Below, in pieces: positions 29,901 to 42,200 of a DNA stretch of 64,000 bases. The notes under the pieces were generated by a model, which was not told the DNA's origin, ran no database searches, and saw only the letters and a list, made by a program, of their open reading frames with translations. The first letter of the stretch is position 1, and each line of letters begins with the position of its first letter. The translations under genes and the position numbers were made by a program. The stretch spans positions 219,480,001-219,544,000 of the forward strand of contig OZ024741.1 of NCBI GenBank assembly GCA_964016885.1, in the 5' to 3' direction. The DNA comes from Eledone cirrhosa. Taxonomy: Eukaryota.

Positions 29901-31407
29901 ACAGCTTAACATGTCCCTATCTTTATTTCTAATTAGAACCCTATCTAGGTACGATCTAGATGTTCCGCTGCGATTAGTCCACGTCCACAGTGGCACAGTC
30001 GGAAAATCTAGTCGATATCTATTGGCCAGGTCAAATCGGCCGATTAACTGTTTGAGGCTGCTACACTCCCCTTTATCAGGAAATGCTCCCACATAGTCCC
30101 AACGTGCATCTAGGATTCCATTCCAGTCCCCCACTAAAAGCAAGGAGCGGGACGTTCCCAGAAAAGTCCCTACACATTTGAAGAAGTCTGGCCGCCGGTG
30201 TCCCAGATGGGGCATATGCGCCCACCAGCCTGAAGGCTCCACCTTCACTACCGTCAACGTCTAGGATCACCAGTTGACCCCCGGGTCCAGATGTATCGTC
30301 TGTGTTACGAGGTCCAGGTGTTTCCGTAGCAAAACGGCAATCCCGCCCCCACCTCCCGGCTGGCAGAGAGATGCGTAGATCTCAAAGTCGTCAAAGATGG
30401 AGGCTAGCTGTCGCTCGCTGTGGATCCTGGACTCGCAAATGGCTACTACATCCATACTGTGCGACCTGAGGTTGTTTAAGAGTTTGTCCTGTTTCCAGGG
30501 CAACCCCAGGCAGCGTACATTCACACATCCAACTCTTATATTGGCCATGTTGGTGCTGAAAAGTTAAAAGAAGAGGAAAAGAAATCACTCACCTCTTCAT
30601 CTCCTGGGGACCAGGCTGCACGTTTTCCATGGGGGTGTTGGAGGGGTTGTCTGGGTAGGTGGTGGTTTCCGGCGGGCTGGGGACGGAGATGTTTGGTGGT
30701 GTGGGGGTGTCTGGGGTGAGGGTGGAGAGACATTTTAAAAGGACGTGTTTAATGGGTTTAACACAAGGATTACCCACGTCTTTAGGAAAGTTTTCCTTTA
30801 AAGACTTATAGGTGTCCGTAGGGACCCTAATCATCTTTAAATTAGGTCTGTCTGCACAGTTCGAAAAAGTTTTCCCTTCGGCGAAAACCGAAGGGTCGTG
30901 GGAGATGACCTCCATTAGAGTTTTGTTTTTACTGTTTATGTATGTGTAATGTTCTTGCTGTGTTGTGTTGGTTTTTGTCTGTTGTTCTTGTGGGAGCTTT
31001 CGTTTTGTTGTAGGTGTTTGTGTTTGGAGTAATGTCGTGGTTTTGTTTTCGGGACGGCGGGTTTTTGTTTGTAATGTTTGTGTTGGTAGTTGTATGTTTG
31101 TAGTGATGTTTGTTGCTTTTTTGTTCTTGTGGTATCTTTTCTTCTTTCTTTTCGATCGGAGAGGCCCTCCCCCCTCTTTACTTGGTGATGATGAGGAGGC
31201 CTCGTCCGTTGTGGTGTCTGTGTTATTTGGAAGGAGTATGTTTTGGGGAGCTGTTTTGTTTGTGGGTGTTTTTGCAGCTGTTTTAGGTGGAGTGGGGTTG
31301 GGTGGGACTGTGCTTGCAGATTGGTTTGTTGTTCTTGTTTTGGTTATGTTTGCGTGTTGTTGTTGTTGTTGCTGCTGCTGCTGCTGCTGTTGTTGTTGTT
31401 GTTGTTT

Positions 31408-31470
<63 letters not shown>

Positions 31471-32806
31471 TGGGTGTTGGCAGTAGTGCCTCTTTTATTT
31501 GCAGCTAGTTGACCTTCAGGTCAACTAGCTGCATAAACTAGCCTTCAGGTGACCACTATTAAACAGTGGTAACATGAAGGCCGCCTACCCTCAACAGAAA
31601 TGTTTATGTATGAAATTCCATCCAGAGGCACACGGGGTATTTTAGCTATCCGTTCTGGCCTCATTTGGACCAGAACTTCCAGGCTTGTACCATTGAATGT
31701 GCCTCTGGAGGACTTTCCCAATGAAATAATTGTGTCTTCATCGAAATCGATGAAGTCAGTCACAATCCACGTAAATGTTTGGTGTAATATTTGCAATTTT
31801 AATTTTTTGGGTTCTTTTTCCCATATAATTTTTTGGGTTCTTTTTCCCATATATGCGGGGAAAAAGGTGTAAAGGGGGAACACAATTGGCGACACAGAAT
31901 ATTTTTGTGCCGTCAATTGGTCTTTTATCAGCACCGAAATGCTTCCAAAAAGTTTACATTTTTGGATGAAGGCAATATCCTTCATTGAATGTTTCAGAAC
32001 CAACTCAATGTCGTTCTGGGATAATTGGACTGGTTTTTTCGACACATTCGAAACTGTCCTAAAAATTACTGTTTTTAAGATAGTTTCTCTACATAACTGT
32101 TGAGGAGAAGTGATGCTGAAAGCACCACTCTCACCAAAAGTTACATACTGTTTTGCATCACTTAACAGCTCCCTAACATTGGAAATGTCAAGGTATGTAA
32201 ACAGTTCCGTCTTTTGGACGGTTTGAGCAAAGGAAATCTTTTCCTTGTCTGTGGAGTTGTTTGTGTTGCTGTTGTTGTTGTTGTTCATGTTGTAATTATT
32301 GTTGTTGTTGTTGTTGTTCTGGTTGGTGTTGTTCAAATTTTTCATCTTATCGGTGTTGTTGTTGGTTTTTCCGTGTGTAGTTGTATCAATTGTTTCAATT
32401 TCATCATTTTCTGTGTTTTTTGGTGTCTGTTGTGGGCTGTTATTTTCATCTTTTGTTGTGTGAATATTCATTTCTTTACGAAACGAAGTTTTGTTGTTGT
32501 TCGTCTCCACAGATACTTCTATGGAAATAGAGGGAGATATAACGTTTATATCTGTCTCTTTCCTTCTCTTCTCACAGTCTAGCGTTCGTTGTACGTCACA
32601 CATTGTTAAAGTTAGGAACATTTTTAAAACTTGTCAACTTTTTAAAATTAAATTTCCGCCCCTGTGGGGCGAAAACTGATATTACCACCCAGCTGACAAT
32701 TCAGCCTGGGTGTTGATCTATCAAACAATATAAAATTCTACACAATGAATACTGTTTTTGTATGGAAAATTTTACAAAAACTTTCCAGCGATCTACCGCA
32801 CGTCCG
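26905..32806 (-). mobile_element. Tx1/L1-type LINE family A, copy 2 (full length, inactivated)
   Basis: ORF1 from 32621, ORF2 from 30548 with APE, RT and CPRC..ETVAHAFIHC finger; AATAAAAAAC 3' end; head-to-tail with copy 1. Confidence 0.92.
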
Positions 32807-32837
32807 ATAGATATATATATATACATATATATCAATC

Positions 32838-32900
<63 letters not shown>

Positions 32901-33254
32901 TGTTATATACATATATATATTATGTGTATTATATATAAATATATCACCTTTGTTATCCCTGTCAACCTAGAGATGTCATCATAAGGTGACCTATATAAAA
33001 TAACTAAACTTGACCTAAAATACACACAACCCATCTCACTAAATAACTACAAGTAGGTTGTGGTATGCAGGACCTTTCATCACCTTTCCATAAGAATAAA
33101 GGATTTGTCTTCTCTCATAACTTTCTCTCATTTATTTACTTTTCACCTTCTTTTCAGGGAGTCTTTTTTTAATTTTTTCTAAAGATAAATATATTTTTCT
33201 TTGCTTTAATCACCAGGGAACAAAACCTCACTTTATTATTTCTTCTTTGCTGAT

Positions 33255-33832
33255 GGATTTGAAGTATCGGTAGAGCGTTGGACACCATGCTTCGCGGCAT
33301 AGAGTTACGAGCCTTTACGTTCTGAGTTCAAAACCTGTCTAGGTTAACTTTGCCTTTCATCCTTACAGGAGTCGATAAAATAAAGTACTAATAATGCATT
33401 GGGGTCGATTTAATCGACTTTCCTTTCCCTTAAATTGCTGGCCTTGTGCCTATATAAGAAACTATTTGGCAGTATCGCTAGAGGGTCGGACACAATGCTT
33501 TCCAGCATAGAGTTACAGCCCTTGCCATTCTGAGTTCAAATCCCGCCGAGGTTAACTTTGCCTTTCATCCTTATGGGGTTGATAAAATAAAGTACCAGTA
33601 ATGCACTAGGATAATTGTTGGCCTTGTGCCATAAGTGGAAACATTGGTAGAGTGCCGGACACCACGCTTTGAAACATAGAGTTACGGCCATTTACGTCTT
33701 GATTTCAAATCCCGCTGAGGTTAGCTTTGCCTTTCGTCCTTACAGGGTCGATGAAATAAAGTACCAGTAATGCAGTGGGTTGATTAAATCGACTTACCCC
33801 CTCCCCTTTAAATTGTGCCTCAAGTAGAAACA
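33255..33832 (+). mobile_element. Three tandem SINE family 1 copies
   Basis: Core GCCTTTCATCCTTAC..GTCGATAAAATAAAGTAC repeated three times. Confidence 0.8.
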
Positions 33833-34064
33833 TTTATTTCTTCTTCTTTGCCCAATTATTCGTGAGGGTGCCGTGGAGGCAGAGTCCTCAAACACTCCTT
33901 CCAGCAGGTCCCATCAGACTGATCCAGGTACATTTTGTTATTTGTTTTATTTATTTGGATTCAATCTGTGGCTCTTTTTGCATTTATTTATTTTCACCAG
34001 TGAAGGAAGTGTTTTTTGTGTGTTGTAACATACTATTTAATTATCTGTTCTAAGCTGAAGAAGG

Positions 34065-34310
34065 CTCATCAGGCCAGTGTTTATCCCCCACCCTGGGGTT
34101 TTCTTGGGCGTTAAGCAAGTGAAAGTACCAGACTCCCCCTGGATAGGATGCCAGACTATCGCAGGATTAACTCCCCAGCTACCTACTAATGGTACCTACT
34201 CTCTGCTGAATGTACTGGAGCAACATGAAATCGAGTGTTTTGTACAGGAATTGATCCATTGACATTAAAATCCTACGTCAACCATCCTAACCATTCGACC
34301 ATGTGCTTTA
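34065..34310 (-). mobile_element. SINE family 2-related copy
   Basis: Reverse complement of ATTTCA.GTTGCTCCAGT and a tRNA-like head. Confidence 0.55.
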
Positions 34311-34444
34311 ACTATCCCCATCATTTCACTCCAGCTCTCTTCCATAGAACGAAAAATTGCTTGATATATATTTTTATAAAATGTTTATTTCTTGACTAGA
34401 CAGTCATTGATTGACATTTGGAACCAACAGTCTGTCTGTCTGTC

Positions 34445-37400
34445 GCGGAGGTAGCCGCGTATTAACGAGCTCTGTGTTTTACATTGGTTTTACCTTGTAA
34501 AGAGTGAGTTTTGGGATTTATTTTTCTATTGTGATATACTTTAACCCCTCGTTTGGGCCTGCAGATGTTGGGGTTATTATTATTTTCGCCCCTTTTTGGG
34601 GTGAAAGTTTTCTTCTTACAATTTTGTGAACTCAGCTTGTAGTAATGGACGGCATTAATACAAGTCATGGTGCCACGCTCCCCAAAGAAAAAAAATCTTC
34701 GAGGAAAATTGAAAGCACAAAGTGCCCCCCCCCCCCCGTTCCTTTAACGAAAAATGTTAATAAGGAACAAAAGACAACAACCGAAAAGACAAAACTTGGA
34801 AATAATACCAGCAACGGAAAAATTATCGATACCAATACGAACACCAAAGTGAACAGCGACAACAACAACAATAACAAGAAAGACAACAACAACAAAATTT
34901 CCTTTGCGGAAACTGTAAAAAAAACACAAGTGTTCCTACCTTTGGATTTAACCAACACAAAGCAAAAGTTGGAAGAAGCAAAAAGGTATGTGACTTTCGA
35001 ACCCGATTGTTCATTCAGCATTAATTCCCCAGAAGAAATAAAAAGAGAAATTGCCACGAGCACGGTGGTGTTCAGGACAATTTCGAATGCCACAAAAAAA
35101 CCAGTACAACCGTCTCAGAGTGAGATAGAGCTGGTTTTAAGAAACCAAATGGAAAACATTTTGTTTATTCAAAAAGGCAAACTCTTTGGTAGCATCTCGG
35201 TGCTTATGAAGGACCAAGAAACGGCGCAAAAACATTCCATTGCATCCATTGTATCCACCCACTTCACCTTTTTCCCGTCTTACATGGGAAGAAGGTCTCA
35301 AAAAATAAAATTCAATTGCATAAGACCCAAAGTAGACACTTGGTGGCTACTTTGTGGCGTTTTAGACCTTGACCAAGACATTGTAATCTCGGTTGGAAAG
35401 TCCCACAGAGATGTCTTTAGTGGGACCAGCGTAGAACTTCTGGTGCAGATGAGCCCAGAAAGGATAGCGAAGATCCCACAGAGAATTCATTTAGATGGAG
35501 AGACCTACATAAATATTTCAGTTGAGGGTAGGCGACCTGCGTGTTACCACTGCGCAAGCAGAGGTCACCTGAGGGTTGCATGCCCTCAACTGATAAAAAA
35601 GAAACCATTATTACAAACACCACCAACACAACCACAACCACCACAACAACAACATCAACAACAACAGCTCAAGAAAACAACCAAAACACGGTCCCACCCA
35701 GCCCCTCCCCAAAGAACAGAAATATAAAAACACACGTAGTGCAAACACAACCTGGTAATATACCCCTCCCCTCCAATACGGAAGAGGAGCTCATATCCTC
35801 GGAAGACGAGGGGGCTCCCTTCCAAAAAAGTCAAAAGAAAAAACGTACACACACCATTTACGCCCCTTTTGGGGCAATGCGGTCGGACTTCTTCCATCGT
35901 CTGGAGACTTTTCAAGGGACGCCCCGCTCCTTGCTTTTAGTGGGGGACTGGAATGGTATCTTAGATGCACGTTGGGACTATGTAGGGCATGTCCCGATAG
36001 AGGGGGGTGTAACAACCTCAAGGGCTTAATCGGACGATTTGACCTGGCCGATAGATATCGACTAGATTTTCCGACTGTGCCAACCTGGACACGGACAAAC
36101 CACAGCGGTCAATCTAGTCGTACCTAGATAGGTTCTTAGTTAGAATTAAGGATAGGGACGTTTTAAGTTGTCCAGAAATGCTCATGGTGGGCTATTCAGA
36201 CCACAAGTTAGTGACCTGCGTAGTCCACCTTGATAGAACGCATAGGCAGGGACCCGGTTACTGGAAGCTCAACTTGTCCTTACCGGCAAGTAGAGCTTAC
36301 AGGGACCGGATTAGAACCTTAGTTAAGGAGCGGTTGACGGGCACCATCATCAACAGCAGGTGGTGGGGCTCTCTGAAAAGAGAGATTAGAGTAGTTTCAA
36401 TAGGAGTTAGTAAGGAGTTAGCCTCAGATAGAAATAGGAAGGAAAGGGAGTTGGTAGTTAATGTTGTAGAGGCAATTAGAAGCGACAACGTGGCCAGAGT
36501 GCAAACGTCGAGAACGGCCTTGGGCCAGTTCTTTGACGCGAAACACGAAGGCTGCGTTGTCCGAAGCAAAATACGTGCTCTGGGAAACGAGGGGACCAAA
36601 GCTGTTAGCTGGGCCCGCGTGACAGAAGCGAAAAGTGGGATTAAATCCACTATCCGGTCTTTGCGAGACCAGGATGGACGGTTGATCCTTGAACCTAAGC
36701 AAATGTGCGAGGCCTTTCAAAGGCACTTTGCCCGATTGTTCGAGAGGGGCGGGGGGCCGGTTGGGGATGTGGATTTCGGTCCATACCTCGACGGCCTGCC
36801 GCGTCTTTCGGACAAGGAGGCGAGGTCTTGCGACGGGCCGATCTCAGCTGCTGAAATAAGGGACGTGCTGAGTCTATGCGGCAAACACAAATCTCCAGGG
36901 CTCGATGGTCTGCCCTACGAACTATATATTAATATGCCGGACTTGTTCCCCGATCTCCTCGAGGCGGTCTACTGCAACTGACAACAGAACGGGAGAATTC
37001 CCTGTTCTGTGACCAAAGCCGTAGTCTCGCTAGTGAGGAAGGACGAGAACAAGGGGGATGACATTAGTAATTTTAGGCCCATAACTCTGCTAAATGCAGA
37101 GTTAAAGATTTTGGCCAAGGTGTTAGCGAAAAGGTTGGCGCTTGTCGTGGGGGGCCTGGTGGGAGATGCGCAGACATGCGCTATCCCGTCCAGGTCCATC
37201 CGCGACAACCTCCATCTCATGCGATACATCATAGAGAGGGTTGGGAACGAACCCGGCTTTGGTGGTGCTCTGATAAATTTAGATCAGTCTAAAGCGTTCG
37301 ATAGGGTGGACCATGGTTACCTGGATGCGGTGCTAGCGGGGGCTGGGTTCGGACCCGTTTTCAGGGGCTGGATCACTGCCATGCACAGCAGCCGCATCTG

Positions 37401-39190
37401 CTCTAGAGTCATGGTGAACGGCTACCTCTCGGAGCCGTTCTAAATCACCCGCTCCATCTGACAGGGATGCCCTCTCTCCTCCCTTCTGTATGTATTGGCT
37501 CTCGAGCCACTACTGCGGAAGTTGGAGTTGTTGCAGGGCATCCCTTTGGAACCGGGATTGCGCAAAGAGGTGTCGGACTACGCCGATGACGTAACAGTAA
37601 TGGTGTCGACCACCGCGGAAATCGAGGCAATCGGCACCTTACTGGAGGAGTACGAAAGGTTGACAGGGGCTAAGCTGAACCGGGACAAGTCAGTCGCTTT
37701 GCAAGTCGGCGAGTGGAGGGGCAAAGCGATGTCGTCCGACGGTATCGTCGGACGGTGGACGGAGGGCCTGGTGAAGTTGCTTGGGGTCTGGTTCGGACCG
37801 GACCTCCAGGTGGAGAAAAACTGGGGTGAGGTGACGAATAGGCTGTTTGCAGTGACCCAGAAGTGGGCCGAGTGCAAACTATCCCTGAAAGGTCGGGCGG
37901 AGGTGGCGAACGCTTACATAGCGCCCGTCATCTATTACCGCTTGACTGTCGTGCTTTGCCCGTGTGAGATCCTCGCCAAAATGGAGCGCGCTCTCTTTCA
38001 CTTCCTTTGGAAGAATGGGTCTCACCTGGTGAGGAGATCCATCTGCTGTCAACACCCTTTGAAAGGAGGCCTGGGGATGCCGTGGCTAAAAATGCGTAAA
38101 CACGCATTGAGGCTTTGGCACCTCCAGGTATTCCTCACCCGTCAACCGGTGTGGGCCCCGTTTGTGAGGCGAGCCTTCCCGAGGCTCGTCTCGCTCACCG
38201 AGCTGCAGTCCTGGGTGAAGCAAAGACCGAGAAAACTGGGCGACTGGCACACCGAGTGTGCCCAGGCGCTCACGGCTCTCTGGCAGGCGGACCCGGCTAT
38301 CGGTGGAGACTCCACCTCGTCATTCTATAGAGGGCTGGTGGTTAGCCTGGTGCGACGACGCCATCGGAGAAACCCTAGGCATGGAGGAGGACGAACTGGC
38401 CAGCCTATTCGGTAGGACTTTCGGCCCGGGATCTATGGACAACTTCCAGAAGTCCTTGGCCTGGCAGTGCTACCGAGTGGCTCTGCCCGTTCAGGATAAG
38501 CTCTACAGACACGGGCGCCCGGGTATGGACCCCTCGAAAAAGATCTGTCCCAGATGCGTGCGCGACGAGGAAACCGTCGCGCACGCATTGGTGCACTGCC
38601 CGGGCGTTGCCGATCTGTGGCGCTATGTCGAACAATTGTTGTCACGAGTGGGACCAATCAGGTTGACCACCGAGTCCATTGTAACGATCAAGCCACCTCC
38701 CCCCTTCAAAAATGAACGAGAGGCGGTCTTCCTCTGTGTAATAGCCATGGTAAAAGAGGTTGTATGGTGGACGCATCTAAAAGGGCTGAGGTCGGACATC
38801 TTTCTTTCCGGCCAACAATTGGTCCTTTTCTTCCGATACCGTTTCGGAAGAAGGATCAGGATGGAGAGAGAGGTGCTCCACTCCAGCCAGTTTTATGAAA
38901 GGTGGGTGAAAGTTGCGAGAATAGCCCGTGTGAATGGGCCTTCTCTCTACCTCAGCCTGTAGGTGGAAAAGGATGAAGGAAGAAGGGGGCACCCTCTCTT
39001 TGTGCTCCCGTGGAGAAGGGTCGCACATTTTTTTTCGGGGGTGTGTGTGACCCCAAAACGATCCCTCCCTATTGAGGACCTTTTTGTTACAATTTTATTT
39101 ATTACATTTTTCTTACTCGATTTATATGTAATCTCCCTCCCCCATGTACATGTCCCTTTCTTTTGTGCCCTCGTGACAAATAAACAGAAA
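34445..39190 (+). mobile_element. Tx1/L1-type LINE family B, copy 3 (about 830-bp internal deletion at about 35857)
   Basis: ORF1 34645-35727 with CYHCASRGHLRVAC knuckle; ORF2 fragments with YADD; (TGTC)n flanks. Confidence 0.92.
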
Positions 39191-39296
39191 TTTGTCTGTC
39201 TGTCTGCCTGACTGTCGGCCTGCCTGTCTGTCTGCCTGTCTGTCTGCCTGTCTGTCTGCCTGTCTGTCTGCCTGTCTGTCTGTATGTCTGTCTGTC

Positions 39297-42200
39297 TTTG
39301 ATAGTAGACGTCTTTCATTTCGGCTCTTCGATTTGGAATTTTGACCTGGAATATTTGTGAGTGCATTATTTAAATTGTTTTTTTATTATTGACTCTAACC
39401 CCTAGTCTGGGACTGTAGACGTAGGGTAAATATATTTTCACCCCTTTTGGGGTGAAAAATATTTAATTTATCGATATCGTTGAAAACGATATCGCCATAT
39501 TGGAAGCTAACGCCACGCCTACCAAAAAAATAAGCGAGAAAGAGGGAACAACAGTTCAAACTGTTGAACAGCTCCTCCTCTCCAATGAAAAAAAAAAGAA
39601 TATTAATTCGAATGAAAACCTAAATTTTGAAGAAAAAAATAACACCACAAAAAATGAAACCAACAACATTACAACAACAAGCAACAAAGACAACAAAATT
39701 TATTTTGCCCAAACGGTCAGGAAAGCTATCGAATACAAGCCCATAGATATTACTAACGCTAAGCAAAACTTGCTAGATGCCAGAAAATACGTATCTTTTG
39801 GGGAGGATGGTTCTTTTCCGATCAACTCTCCAGAAGAAGTTCGCCAACAGGTATATAGGAATACCATAATCTTCAGAACGATATCCAACACAACTAGAAA
39901 GCCAGCTCAATTGACAGAAAGTCAAATTGAGCTGGTATTGAAAGACATTAAAGAAAACATACTTTTTATTGAAAGAGGAAAGCTGTATGCCAGCATTATG
40001 GTCCGAATGAAGGACGAAATGCTGGCGCAAAAATGCTCGGTGGCACCTATAGTGTCACCACAATACACCTTCTTCCCCACGTATAAAGGGAGAAGAACTC
40101 AGAGACTAAGAATGTGGAGCCCAACGCCAGAAGTTAACATCTGGTCCGTCCTGACAGGATTTACGGACCTAGAAAAGGACATCCTTATTTCAGCAGGGGA
40201 GTCCACCAGTGGACTGTTCGGGGGGAAAAGTCTGGAGGTTCTCTTACAGATGACACCTGAGAGAATCGCCGGAATACCCGACCGAGTCCTACTGGATGGG
40301 CGAACCTTCATAAATATTACGGTGGAAGGCAGGAGACCCTCATGTTACCACTGCGCTGGCAGAGGTCACCTGAGGACGGCCTGCCCTCTACTAACAACAA
40401 AAAAACCACTGCTACAAACACCACAACAACAACAAAAACAACCAGCAGCACCACCACAAAAACAACAAAATACACTACCATCAACGGCAACAAAAACCAA
40501 CAACACCTCCACCACCACCACCACCACAACAACAACATCAACAACAGCTCAAGAAAACAACCCAAAACACGGTCCCACCCAGCCCCTCCCCACAGAACAC
40601 AAATACAAAAACACACGCAGTTCATACACAACCCGGAGATATACCCCTCCCCTCCAATACGGAAGAGAAGCTCATATCATCGGAAGACGAGGGGGCTCCC
40701 TTCCAAAAAGTGAAAAGAAAAAAACGTACACACACCACACAAACAAAAATTACCCCACCTGACAACACAACACAGACAACAAAACGCAAACTCACTCAAG
40801 AACAACAAGCAAAAACAAACACAACACAAAAACTCTACACATACATAAACAAAAACAATAAAAACCTAACAGAAAAAATAGAAAACAACCCTTCGGTACA
40901 AACCGAAGGGCCGAATTTTGTAACGGCAATGGGACTCCCTAACCTGAAAATGGTGAAAGTCCCACTTGACATTTTTAAAACTTTGAAAAACATTTACCCT
41001 GAAGACGATGGGACACCCTGCACCAGGCCACTCAACCGCGTCCTCCTGAAAGGTTTTCCCCTCCCCTCCTCAAACATCCACACAACTCCAAACACCCCAA
41101 CCCCTCCACACACTAATACCCCCACCCCACCACAAACCACCACCCCACCCAACAACCCCTCCACCAGCCCCATGGAAACTGAGCGGCCCGAACCCCGGGA
41201 CGCAGAGAGTTAAGTGCCTCTTTCTTTGCCACCAACATGGCTGTGTTAAGAGTGGGTTGTCTAAATGCGCGTGGCCTGGGCTCACCTTGGAAGCAAGCTA
41301 AACTTCTAAATGACCTCAGGTCACAATGTATAAATGTGATGGTTATTTGCGAGGCCCGGATCAGCAGCGTGCGACAGCTAGCCCCCACCTTTGATGACTT
41401 TGAGATGCACGCATATCTCTGTCAGCCCGGTGGTGGGGGTGGGGTTGTCGTTCTGCTGCAAAAACATCTGGGTCTCGCTACACAGACGGTACGCTTGGAA
41501 CCGGAGGGTCGACTCATAGTTCTGGACCTTGGCAATGGTGAAGGCGAAGCTTTTAGGCTTGTCGCCGTATACGCCCCTTTTGGGGCAATGCGGTCGGACT
41601 TCTTCCATCGTCTGGAGACTTTTCTAGGGACGTCCCGCTCCTTGCTTTTAGTGGGGGACTGGAATGGTATCCTAGATGCACGTTGGGACTATGTAGGGGC
41701 ATGTCCCGATAGAGGGGGGTGTAACAGCCTTAAGGGGTTAATCGGCCGATTTGACCTGGCCGATAGATACCGGCTAGATTTTCCGACTGTGCCAACCTGG
41801 ACTTGGTCAAATAACAGTGGTCAATCTAGATCGTACCTAGATAGGTTCTTAGTTAGAATTAAGGATAGGGACTTTTTAAGTTGTCCAGAAATGCTCATGG
41901 TGGGCTATTCAGACCACAAGTAAGTGACCTGCGTAGTCCACCTTGATAGAACGCATAGGCAGGGACCCGGTTACTGGAAGCTCAACTTGTCCTTACCGGC
42001 AAGTAGAGCTTACAGGGACCGGATTAGAACCTTAGTTAAGGAGCGGTTGACGGGCGCCATCGTCAACAGCAGGTGGTGGGGCTCTCTAAAAAGAGAGATT
42101 AGAGTAGTTTCAATAGGAGTTAGTAAGGAGTTAGCCTCAGATAGAAATAGGAAGGAAAGGGAGTTGGTAGTTAATGTTGAAGAGGCAATGAGAAGCGGCA

